Shown: piece after piece, positions 15,666 to 28,119 of the stretch
Layout of the letters: each line of letters opens with the position of its first letter
Position numbering within the stretch: position 1 is the stretch's first letter
Assembly (NCBI RefSeq): GCF_022539665.2
Contig: NC_081331.1
Coordinates: 5,890,001-5,954,000, forward strand
Source of the DNA: Daphnia carinata
Taxonomy: Eukaryota
Direction: 5' to 3'
DNA: 64,000 nt
The notes under the pieces: model-generated
Databases searched by the model: none
Seen by the model: the letters and a program-made list of their open reading frames with translations, nothing else
What the model was told of the DNA's origin: nothing
Program-made: the position numbers and the translations under genes

Positions 15666-18600
15666 ATACTATCACGTTCTAGTTTTGTTTGTTTGTTTGT
15701 TTGTTTCCGGTTGGAATAGTACCATACATTTCTACATTGATCTTTGATAATCGTATGATTTATATGTGAGGCACAAGAGACCCGGCCAAAATCCTCTGAT
15801 GCCTCGTTTATCATCGAATAAACATGTACTGTATTAACTGCCGGGGATCTGGAACGCTAGTTCCTGTTCTCGTTCCAAGCAAATCGTAAACTATAAAAAA
15901 AAAAAAAAAAAAAAAATGTAGGTAAAAAAAAAAAAAAAAAGAGCAGTTTTTTTTCCCCTCCTTCTTTTGTCTCGGGTTATGTTCGGTACTATCTCTTTTA
16001 CATATCGCCATTTGTCAAACAGCATTTCACTCGGCTTTGTTTCTTTTGCACGTTAAATGTTCCATGACGCTATATTATGTTGGGCACGGGGTTATCAGAT
16101 AAAGTTCTTATGCGTTCACATCAAAAGAAGAAATTCATTTTTCTCTTCAGATTTTTTTTAACGAAACAAAAAAAAAAAAAGAAATAAGATATAATCACGA
16201 ATCACTATCCCGAACGGCCCGGGCCACTATTCTATTACAACGTCCACATACAAACACTTGAAAAAAAAAAAAATAATAATAAATAAATAAATATCTTCAA
16301 TATGTATTCAACATCTTTTATGTTTAGATGGGTATCAGTATTGTGGCGTGTATACGAGTCCGTCGTGTTGGCTCTCTAACGAGAACATTGTGACTGTTAT
16401 CGAATTATTGTCCGATTGATGATGCGCCTCACGTCCCATGCGCTATAAACAAAAATCATTTATCTTTTCGCTTTCTTTTTTTCTTTTCCAACTAATTTTG
16501 TTATCTTTTTTTTTTTTTTTTTTTCTTTTTTCTTGGCTTTACTCATCACGCTATTCAATATCTGTGTCCAAAAAAAAAAAAAAAAAGGAGCTGCCGGCCT
16601 GATTGATTTATTTTGCTCGATTGGCCTACTCTCTTGCCTCCCCCCACGCCCTCCTTGCAACGTCGGTCTCTATTTACGTCGGATAACAATCGAACTATTT
16701 ACGCCGGACGCAATAGAGGCCACAAACTTTTTAGTCCTTTTCTCTTCCATTTTCCTTCTTTTTTTTTTTTATTCATCCCCACTCGCTTCCTCTTTTTTTT
16801 TTTTTTTTTTTTTCAGCGCACGTCTCTCGCACTTGTGTTCAGGTCGGCCGTATTGAGTTTGCCGCTCACGTACGTCCCTCCCAAGGCTGCGTATATCTGT
16901 GTAAGGTCTCGTCTCACCGCAGCTCGTATCATCCTCTTCTTTAGGGGCGGGTTTCCTTCTTCTTCTTCTTCTTCTTCTTCTTCTTTTTTTTTTCGTTTTT
17001 TTTTTATTATTATTATTATTAACAGCAGCACTCTCCTAGCGCTGTTCGTCCCGATTCAATTGTCTAGTCGTCGCAGACGCTTCCCTATTATTCCCTGGCC
17101 AATTCTTTGAGGCTTTTCGGTTTTTTTCTTTTATGTTACTCTTGTATACGCACACTATGTCAGGACGTATCGGCATGACGGAGAGAATATTCAAAGAACA
17201 GGGCACTTGAGGGTTAAAAAAAAAAAGAAAAAAGAAGCCATCGAAACATTTGCAATAATTGAGTGAGGACGAGGAAGGTTCTTTTTCTTTTTTTTTTTTT
17301 TTTTTTGTATAAATTTATAGACGTAAATAAAAGAAGAAAGAAAGAGAGAGAGAGAGGGCGTAGTGATGTATAGGTCCGGTTGGATGTGAAAGATGGACCG
17401 ATCGACGACAGTTTATAGTCCCCAATCCGGCTGCAATTACAGGGGCTTAAAGCACCGACATATCATGCCCGTAACGTCGGTCATTCAATACTTTATGACG
17501 CAACCATATAACAATGTACAATAAAAAAAATAAGGCGGCGGCGGCGGCGGCGGCTAAAAAAAAAAAGAAAAAGAAAAAGAAAAAGGATTGGAAGAAGGGG
17601 CCATTTAGCATTTTTTACTTGCCTAAAACGGGGAGTACCCGAAATGGACGCATCCGCATTTCCGTGCGCTTCAAAGTCCAAACAAAGAGAAACGAATAGG
17701 AGCCCCCGCCGAAGATAAATTGAAAAGAACAAAGTAAATCTATAAAAAGAAAATAATAAATTAACCTCATCTTCATGCCCTCCCCCCTCTATTTTTTTTT
17801 CTTTTCTTCTATTGTTTCATTTGATTTGCGGCTGATTTCGTCCTCCAATTTGCGGGTCGCACGATGAGCTGGTCCGTTTCCAATTAGCGTCTCGACCCCG
17901 AACATCGACAAACGAGAAGCTCTCTGTAGAACATTATCCTCTTCTTTTTTTCTCTTTTTTTTTAAAGGTGGGGGGGGGGGCTCAGATATGGTCTACAATG
18001 TTGACGACCCATGTCGTTGTGTAAGACGGTTAAGACTTGATTGAATGCGAACCGCGGGTTATTAATCTGTAAAGCTGATTGCCCCTGTACCGACCACGCC
18101 GGATTACTCAGGCGACCTCCACCATTTAATAATGAGATATGACGTCAGCTTTTTTTTTTTTTTTTTTTTTTTGTTTTGTTTGCTTATTATTATTATTATT
18201 TTTTTTTACCTTTTCTTTAAAAAAAAAAAAACGGCGGATATTTTCTTTTTTATAATGTTTTCCTGTGTATTTTGACTTGTCCGTGACTCGAAATGTCAAC
18301 AGGAATATTTTTCCTTGGAGCGGACGATGTTCAGCGACATTTATCAGGAATGCGGCGGTGCGCAGAATTTTCAGCCCGCCAGGGGGAGGTCAAACAGCGT
18401 TGGCGTAGGAAACGGAACACACACACACGTCCCACTTTGCGTGTGCCAAAAATGCTAAACGCTAAACAAAAAAAAAAAAAAAATTCGTGTACGCTTTCCG
18501 TCCGTGCCAGAGCGGGCCGTTTTAACTATTCGTCATCACGCAGCCAGTCAATAGCGTGAATATTCAAATAGGGAAAAAAAAAAAAAAAAAAAAAAGAAAG

Positions 18601-18863
18601 AAGGTGTGACACGTAAACGACGGACTTGTTTTTATCATCGCATACAAAATGGTTGACGTGTGTGTATACATAAGAAAATACTTTCTTTTTCTTTCTTTTT
18701 TCTGTGTGTGTGTGTTGTTGGTAAACGGCTAGAGCCGGGAAAAATTAATAAGAAAAATTTGCGGTTGCGTCAATGATTTATTTATTTTGCGTGGGTTGTC
18801 CCAGCGCTGCGTTCACTATAATGTGCATACCTGTCGGCTGACGTTTTTTGGTTTTCGCCAATA

Positions 18864-18905
<42 letters not shown>

Positions 18906-19611
18906 TTATTTTTTTTAAGGTTTTTCTTGTATATTTGATGAATGGCGTCAGCGGGTCGAGACGGACCAACAAGTCATGTCTCCGCGCCTGTGTGTTTTAA
19001 CGCAACAGCTATAAAAGCCAGTCAGCAGATTTCGATGCTGACTCAACTGCCATCATCTGTGACTTGTTTCAAATATCTTCTTCTTTTTTTTTTTTTTTTA
19101 TTTTAGACTCGTATATCAGAAAACCCATCGCTTTTTAGCGTCTGCTCGATTTTGTTTTTCTTTTCTTTCGCATTTTCTGATCGATCAAATCAGAACTTTT
19201 ATTTTTTTTTATTTTATTTTTTTTCAAATTTAAAAAAAAGGGGAAACAGTCCAGGAAATGAGAAAGACGAAACTCGTTTACAAAAAAAAAACAGCAGGCG
19301 AAAGAAGAAAAAAAAAAAGAGAGGGGCGCGGATTGCCAACGATGGCGACCTCTGCAAAGTTTCCTTATTCGAAGGTCCTGGTCGAATGAGTAAGAGCCAA
19401 GTTTTTGCGCACATCCTGCCTTCGCAAAAAGTTGGCACGGTGTGAAGTTATTGGCTATGATTTTGTGTGTGTGTGTGTGTGCGTGTGTGTGTCTGCGCCG
19501 TGTTGCAGGCATTTTTTATTTATTTTTTTAAATTTTTTTAGTCCGTTACTTTAATGGCACGGGCAATATGTTGGAACAGATAACAATAATTGTTTGATTG
19601 TTATGCAAATA
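1..19611. repeat. Non-coding domain very rich in simple sequence repeats: poly-A/T, poly-G/C, (CA)n, (GA)n, (TAT)n, (CTT)n; probable upstream or 5' intron region of the tartan-like gene
   Basis: Dozens of homopolymer and dinucleotide tracts, e.g. (TG)n ~2140-2172, ~8670-8702 and ~14756-14788, and (GA)n ~7429-7459. ORFs here are low-complexity K/F/HT/RE translations. A splice-acceptor-like 'caaatag' lies at ~19606-19612 just upstream of the LRR start. Confidence 0.8.
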
Positions 19612-19671
19612 GGTGGTGTCGGATGTAGCGGACTCGTCTTCGCTCTTCACTACGCAACGAGGCCTTCAACG

Positions 19672-20144
19672 ATGAGGCTGTGCGCTTTGGCCGGCGTCTT
19701 GGCCGTTCTGGCGCTGACAGGACGAGCCGACGCTTTCTGCCCAGTCGGTTGCCTTTGCGACGATGAAACGCTGCAGGTGACCTGCGACGAAGCCAATCTG
19801 GAAGTCATCCCAATCACCCTCAATCCTTCCGTCCAGGTAAAAACAAAGCTCTGCCTCATTTTTGTTTTCCCCCGTCCCTTTCCGTTACGTTCGTCGTTTT
19901 GTTTTGGAACACATGCGGCGGTGGAAAAGAAAAGAAAAAATTATTTTTTTGGCTACCTAGACGACGTCGTTCAGGTACGCGCGTCAATTTCGAATATCGA
20001 AGGCCATTTACGTTGCGCTCTATTGAGCATTGGAGAGGTCCAAAAACAGGTGATAACTGTGGACGCAGTGAATGGGAGAGGGAGGGGGGGGCGGGAATTT
20101 CCAGCCATTTCCGGAATGGTGCAATACGTTCTTGCTGGTAGTGT

Positions 20145-20177
<33 letters not shown>

Positions 20178-20400
20178 CCTCTTATGGACTTGCTCACCTT
20201 CTTCTTATTTTTTCTGTTCGTCTCCCGGACAACTGCGTTCAAGAAAACGTCCTTCTACCGCATACAGATAGCCATGTATTGGGTCGTGAAAAGAACGATC
20301 GGGATTCTCATAATAAACCGTGTTCGTTGTGTTGCGTGTTATTGATTGGTGTACGGGGGTATCTTTATGATCACGTAGAAAAACCCCTCCAGACAAGACA

Positions 20401-20442
<42 letters not shown>

Positions 20443-20883
20443 AAGAGGGGAGGGGATTTATCAGCCAATGCGACGCTATTAGAATGGCCAATGGCGAAAA
20501 GACAAGGACAATGGCGTTAATCGAAAAAGGAGGGGGGGGACGGGGGGAATTATCTGCTGTCGATCGGCTCACTTATTTATTCCGCCAAAAACTATGAAAG
20601 TCTTTGAGCATTAGAGTTGCATTCTAATCGATTTCTTTTTTCTTTGAAATTCTTTCCGGCTTCTTTGTGTGTGCGTGCGTGTGTGTGTGTGTGTCTCTAC
20701 CACTGTTGGCTAATGGAACGTATCGCAGCGTCTGGTGCTCCGACAAAACAAGATAAAGACCGTTGACGACACGGCGCTACGCTTCTACGTCGAACTTCTC
20801 TACGTCGATTTCTCTCACAATAGGTAACATCCTCCGCCCACCCCCTCCCGCCTTTCTCCGGATTGAACTTTTTTCTATAGAAG

Positions 20884-20917
<34 letters not shown>

Positions 20918-22605
20918 ACTTGATACCTTTATCATTTTTATTTGTTAATGTCCTTTAGCTTTTTCTTTAACTTTGTCGTTTTTTTTTTGAATTTTTTTGA
21001 ATTTTTGTATTTCATTTGGCAGATTGGTATCTATTCAAGATAGGACGTTTGAAGGTCAACGCAAACTCAACGAGCTCCGGCTGGATCACAACAAAATATC
21101 TGTCATAGGCAACGTCAGTTGGACATAATCTTTATTGATTTTTTTTTTTTTTTTATTATTTTTTAAATTATTTATTTGGCAAATTGATATAAACTTATCG
21201 ATTTTTATCGATCCCGCAGGGCACTTGGCTGGGACTCAGCCGCGATCTGTCGATCTTGTCTTTGAGAGAGAATTACATCAGCTCTTTGGATGAGAGAGCT
21301 TTCGCCACAGCCGGACGAATCCGAGAGCTGGATCTCGGAAGGAACAGGATAGAGCAGATCCATCCGGACGCTTTTGCCGGCCTTCCCAACTTACGCATTC
21401 TCTACTTGGACAGCAACAAGCTGAGCTACAATTCGCCGCCCAGCTTCCCGGCTTTCCTGGCACCCCTGCGTCCCCTGGCTGAATTGAGTTTGGCCGGCAA
21501 TGATCTTCCTTGGCTGGCCGACGGTCTCTTTAGCGCCTTATCCGAACTCAGTCAGCTGGACTTGAGCGGATGTGGCGTGCGCAACGTTTCGACGGAAGCA
21601 TTCCGAGGCCTGAGCCAACTGCGCGGATTGAAATTTCACGACAATTTGCTGTCGGTCGTTCCGACTCACGCCTGGCCGCCCCTCTCGCATTTGGAGGTGT
21701 TGACGTTGGGCCAAAACAACATTTCCGTCATCGAAGCGAAAGCTTTCAGTGGACTGGTGCGGCTGAAGCAGCTGGACGTCAACGACGCCGTCCAGCTGAC
21801 GTCGGTCGACGCCGACGCCTTGTACGCCAATCGCGAACTCGTTCAACTTCGGCTGACCAATTGCAAGCGATTGTCCAAATTGCCGGAAGGTTTCCTCGGC
21901 CGGTCGGCCAATTTGCGTCGGCTGGTGCTACGCGACAACGGGCTCACTTCGCTGTCGGACAAAATGTGGGGGGCATCGGGTCCCGGCCAATTTCAGCTGG
22001 TCGATCTCGGTGGCAATCCGTTCCATTGCGATTGTAAATTACTCTGGCTCAGGGACTATCTGCTGGGCACGTTCAAGACGACAGTCGGGTCCGTCACGGT
22101 GACGCACCACATGAAGAGGCGCGACGTTGCCGCAGAGAACCAATTGCTGCCCATGCCAACAGAAGCCGTTTGCGCCTCTCCGCTTCCAGTGTCCAACATG
22201 GCGCTGTCGTCCCTGTCGGACGACGAGCTGGGCTGCCGGACGTCGCTGATGCGCTCGCCCCAGTTGGTGGTGGGACTGGTGGCGGCCGGGGCCGCCTGTC
22301 TGCTCGTCTTTGCCGCCTGCGTGGCGTGTCGATTCCGCCGGCGGATCAGACAGTCGTGCTGCGGAGCTTCCAAGCCGCACCCGACCAAAGCCGAGGACGC
22401 GCGAACGCTGTCCAGCAAGTGGAAACCTGCATCGCCCAACACGTCGTGGGGCATCAGCGCGCCGGCAGCCATGAATCACGGCGTGAGCCTGATCGGCAAC
22501 CGAGTGCCGGAATACCAGAAAGCTTGCTCGCACGAAGAGGAATGCTTTATGCGGGCCGTCACGCTCCACAACAGCCTCAAACCGTTCCCGAGGACGGAAT
22601 TATAA
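19672..22605 (+). CDS. trn: Tartan/Capricious-family LRR type I transmembrane protein, ~578 aa; exons 19672-19836, 20729-20823, 21023-21113, 21220-22605
   Basis: Signal peptide MRLCALAGVLAVLALTGRADA, LRRNT CPVGCLCDDETLQVTC..IPITLNPSVQRL (Tartan-like), tandem LRRs, LRRCT NPFHCDCKL, TM LVVGLVAAGAACLLVFAACV, cytoplasmic PEYQK and C-terminal ..TEL as in Trn/Caps. GT-AG junctions keep the frame. trn versus caps orthology is not resolved. Confidence 0.88.
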
Positions 22606-23411
22606 AAGACGCAAATGGGAAACGAGAGATGGCGGACGGACCAGCCGAAAACGTTTCCAAACGTCCACGACCGATTTTTTTGGTTTGCGTTTTTTTTTTT
22701 TTTTTTGTTTTGTTTTTTTCTTTTCGAGTTTTTGATGTCGAGTCAGTTCGTCTACTTATATGACACACATATATATTTGTATAATTTTTCTGTTTCAAAA
22801 GGAATTTGTCAACAGTCCCATTCTTCCTTGGCTCGCGCCTTTCTTTCACCGCCCTGTCTTTTTTTTTTTAATTTTTTTCCCTTCCGTTTTTACGCGACGT
22901 AGACATTCCACGGATTGGGGATCACTAGTGTCCAAATTCTTCTTTAAAAAAAAAAAAATGTAAATCGAGTCATGTCTTTTTTTTTTTTTTTTATAGGTGA
23001 TCTCTGTTTGTTTCCCTTTTGGTTCTTTCTCGTCTCTTTCTTCTTCTTTCCCTGTCTCTTTTACTCCCGCAGTGTTTCTGACAGATCTTCGACTTCACCA
23101 TCAAAAAAAAAAAAAGAAAGGAGAAATTACGAGAAAAAAAAAAAAGATTTTATAGAAACTAGTCATTGGTTCGACAGTGTGACCGTCAACGTTTTTTGTG
23201 TAATAACTTTGTATAGCGGTTGAAAAAAAAAAATCGGTGCCATAGAACAAAAAAAAAAGCGCCATACGAAAAAAAAAAATAATAATAATAATAAATACTA
23301 TAGACATGTGTTGAATTCTTTTTTTTTTCTTACGTCAGGATATTGTATTTCGACGATGAATAATAAAAAAAGTATTAAAAAAAAAAAAGCCATTTAAACC
23401 ATTCTGGTCGA

Positions 23412-24719
<1,308 letters not shown>

Positions 24720-25269
24720 TTCAAAGGTAAGGACGATTGAAAGTGTAGAAACAGAATTGACGTTAATATGCAGCTTGATAAATAAAACAACGTTTTTAAA
24801 GACTACGGATCTTAAAAACAGTGAAGCACCAACTCACCAGAAACCGTCTTTAGTGATCGCCTCGATTAACTCTTTTGTACAAAAAAAAAAAAAACAATCG
24901 ATTATATTTTTGCTTAAATCGATTTATAGCTAGAGAGGTTGTGAATAATATTTGAAATTGTTCAAAAAAATTTATGCACCAGTAGACACGATCAGGCAAC
25001 GTCAAATGTAAAACTGTTCTGCTGAAATGAGCAACGTAGTGTCATGTCTCCCATGAGTAACTGTTTTCCGCCTTAAATGTGTGTAATTCTTTTGGCACCA
25101 TCCCGATCCGTTGTCATAAATAACAAAAGTTAAGAGGTCGAAAAACAAGATACAGCATTTAGTATTGGACTTAAATCGTTCCAATTGAAACTGAGGCGTT
25201 TGTGCAGACCGCAAAGTGTGTTACAAACCAAAAAAATGTACTGTACGAGTATGTAAAAGTTATGGCAAT

Positions 25270-27422
25270 ATGGCAATCCGTTTTACATAAAAAAAAAAAA
25301 AAATGGCGGAAAAAAAATCGCACTTTTTTCTTTTTTCCGAAACGTAGCCATCTACCGCTCAGACTCGTTATTACTGGCGTAGGCAATTTCAGTCCATTGG
25401 ATGCCATTCACAGTTAGTTCAGTAGCGTGGATGGAGAATAACGCGTGGCTGGAGGAACAATTGAAAAATGGATAAGATAATACAAAAGTAGGATCAAATA
25501 CAACAAAAGGATGGTAAGTATAAACATTATTATATTGGTTTTCACTTATTAATTATTGTTTATTAGATCAAATTATGAAGCTGCAGGCCCAATTATTGGA
25601 ACAATACAAAATATTAGTTAACAGCAAAGCTAAGGATGGTAAGGCCTAATACGTAATGATTCTATTTATTTGCTTTTATTCATTTGTGTTTTGTAGCTCA
25701 AATTTTTAGTCTACAAGCTCAGCTAGGGGAAAAGAACAAATTGGAATGGAACCAAACAGTGAAGGAGGTTTTTCCAAACTCATCCCTAACTGAACATGAG
25801 GATGAATTGGCATTAGGCGAACACAGTCAGGTATGTAAACTTTTCAAATAAGAATTCAAAATAAGTATAGAATTTTAACAAACAATTATTTATTGTTTAT
25901 TTATTCAGTCCACCACCTGACAGTGTGTTAAATTTAAATTCTGTTAGTGCTGCACTAAAAGAATCGTTAGTAATAGGTCCATGCAGTGAAGGAATTGAAC
26001 AATTGTGGGACCGTATTTGGGCCAAAAATGGGTGTGGTACAGAAACCGAGATATGGCACAAGTTCAACATAAAACATAGATTAGGTACTTTTTGGTTTTT
26101 TGTCTATCGAAAAAGTATTTTTAATGCTGTTATTTTGCATTCACAGAATTTTAGTGGGGGATCAAGTCAAGTCTGGAAGTGTTACAGGATGGAAGAGTCA
26201 GCCTGTAGTTGAAAAAACACTGAGAGTGCATTACCGTTAAGGTGTGAGGTAAAGTAATAGAGTGATGCAAATTGTCTAATGAGAAGTACCATCTTGTGTT
26301 AATGAATCTGGTACAACAGCAATCCTTTATAGTTCTGTCACAGCTAGAAGCCTGAAATAATTCTGCTTCTCTGGCTTAAGAACAACCTTTATGTTCACAG
26401 TGTTGGTGAAGCTGGGTACTTAAATGGCCCAGCTCCCCAATGGATGTTTCACTTCACTGGCATTGCAGCGATGAACATCATACATGGACTCTTTAGGTAT
26501 GAAAGGAATTTTCTTGAAAAATTTTTGAATTTATGATGAAGCTTTTCTCCTCCTTTTTGCCAACCATGTCTAATCTACAAAAAAAAAATTATCCAATAGG
26601 AAAAGATTTTCAGCATACTGGGAACACGACTATCAACAATGCAACATTCTACAGGTGTTATTTTATCATTCAAGAGCCTTATACAATGATGTTAATCTGC
26701 AATTTGTATGTCCTTCCCCAAGCTTCCACCAGAAGTTGAATCTATGAGTCATGTAAGTTACATGATCAACAGTTGATATATTTAACGGTGTTGTTTTTCT
26801 TTTCTCAATATAGGTTAATAGTAACATTGGATCTGAAAAAATTCTTGGTTGGGGCAAGACACTGAATAAATTGTATTGATTGGATGGATGACATGACATT
26901 TCTATACTTAATTCGGATTCCCCAGACGGTATTTGATATTTAAAAAATTGAAGTGCATATCTGGGCTCCCTTCTTTTCTGAAGCCCCGTTTCCCCTTGAC
27001 TCATAATAAGCCCGTAGGGGGTCATGCCCCTACTGTACGGTATATATAAAAACAACATATACCGAGGTTTGGAGGGCTCTGGCCGGAAAGGGGACGTGGG
27101 GTGCCGCTTCGTCCGATGATGTGTTCACGGAGGGTGACGTGGCTGCCCACAAATCCGAACTAAAGGTTAATCGCTCCTGTAAAAATGTTCCATTTCTTCG
27201 GCTCTTCTTCCGGCTTCTCTTAGCCAATCACCGGGTAATCTCCCCGGTGGGTCAACAAGGCAGTGTCTCCCCCTGCCTGGGTTGACGGCAACTTTTGAAA
27301 GGGCTATTGTGCCTTTTTAAAGTTGCAAAAATAATTGTAATGTGCAGAGAATTGTCAATAAATTTTTTTTTATAAAATTTTTTTGCAAAATTTGTTGCCT
27401 TCATAGTCTGTGTTCACACATT
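25270..27422 (+). repeat. Left arm (copy 1) of a ~5-kb inverted repeat
   Basis: Reverse complement matches 28120-30328. Paired ORFs 26666-27058(-)/28484-28876(+) and 27030-27227(-)/28315-28512(+) translate identically. Confidence 0.95.
25488..26928 (+). pseudogene. Decayed multi-exon gene of unknown family in the left arm, pointing toward the palindrome centre
   Basis: Regular exon/short-intron pattern with canonical sites (gatg|gtaagt ~25513, ttattag|, gatg|gtaagg, ttgtag|, cag|gtatgt ~25830, ttag|gtact). Peptides DQIMKLQAQLLEQYKILVNSKAKD and AQIFSLQAQLGEKNKLE look coiled-coil-like. There are several in-frame stops and phase conflicts. Confidence 0.55.
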
Positions 27423-27522
27423 TTATTTAGCTTTCTCAATTCTCGTTTATTGTTTATGCCAAGTTTAATGGTAAGCATTGTTTCCTGTAAGCATAGTTTA
27501 TCTGTAAGCATTCAATTATTAT

Positions 27523-27580
27523 CCAGGGATCGAACCCTAGATGTTCGGCATTCCGCGCCGATGCTTTACCAATGAGCCAT
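27523..27580 (-). other. tRNA-like (tRNA pseudogene or SINE-head) cassette 1
   Basis: Minus strand TGGCTCATTGGTAAAGC (A box/D arm), stem TCGGC-gcggaat-GCCGA, GGTTCGATCCC (B box). No convincing acceptor stem. Confidence 0.7.
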
Positions 27581-27710
27581 GAATCATATGATGTTAAGTT
27601 GGTTTTTTTCTAGTCACTTGCGGACTTGCATTTACACTTTGAATAAAACTGAAATACAGTACTGCAATATTATTTTCTCCATTTAGATGTAGATTTTTAT
27701 ACATCTAGTA

Positions 27711-27767
27711 AGGTTTGAACCCAGTGTAACAGCTATCGCAGCTGAATGCTCTACCACAGAGCTATGG
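27711..27767 (-). other. tRNA-like cassette 2 (5' half resembles tRNA-Cys)
   Basis: Minus strand TAGCTCTGTGGTAGAGCATTCAGCTGCGATAGCTG..GGGTTCAAACC. A and B boxes are present; the anticodon arm is non-canonical. Confidence 0.65.
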
Positions 27768-27871
27768 ACATTTTAAGATCAATACAAAGATAAACATATA
27801 GTTGTGAAAGACTGCATAAACATCCTAGACGATAATCTATGATATGCGATAATTAAAATTTTATATATATC

Positions 27872-27932
27872 TAGTGGCTCAATGTTAGAGCATCGGCGTT
27901 GCACGCTGAATGTCTGAGGATCGATTCCCATG
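27872..27932 (+). other. tRNA-like cassette 3 (loop GTTGCAC, TGC/Ala-like), degenerate inverted homolog of cassette 1
   Basis: GTGGCTCAATGTTAGAGCA-TCGGC-gttgcac-GCTGA..GGATCGATTCCC, alignable to the reverse complement of 27523-27580. Confidence 0.6.
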
Positions 27933-28119
27933 TCAGTAAAACAATATACAAAATTACTTCAGAAAATATCAAGGTATTACACGTGGTTCCTTGTCTAAGT
28001 TCATGAATTCAAAAAGTGTAATAAATAATAATTGAATACTTACAGATAAACGATACAACGGTGGCAAAAACAATGAAATTGAATTGCGCAAGCTGAATAA
28101 AAAAAAAGTTGATAAATGT

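Noticed and set aside
30..19512. Many 60-200 aa ORFs in the first 19.5 kb
   Set aside because: They are translations of homopolymers and microsatellites (poly-K/F, HTHT, RERE) with no domain or splice consistency.
21538..22763. Overlapping alternative-frame and antisense ORFs in the LRR exon
   Set aside because: Expected by-products of GC-rich coding sequence.
27523..27932. Functional tRNA genes
   Set aside because: Acceptor stems are missing and anticodon loops are non-canonical, so they are reported only as tRNA-like.
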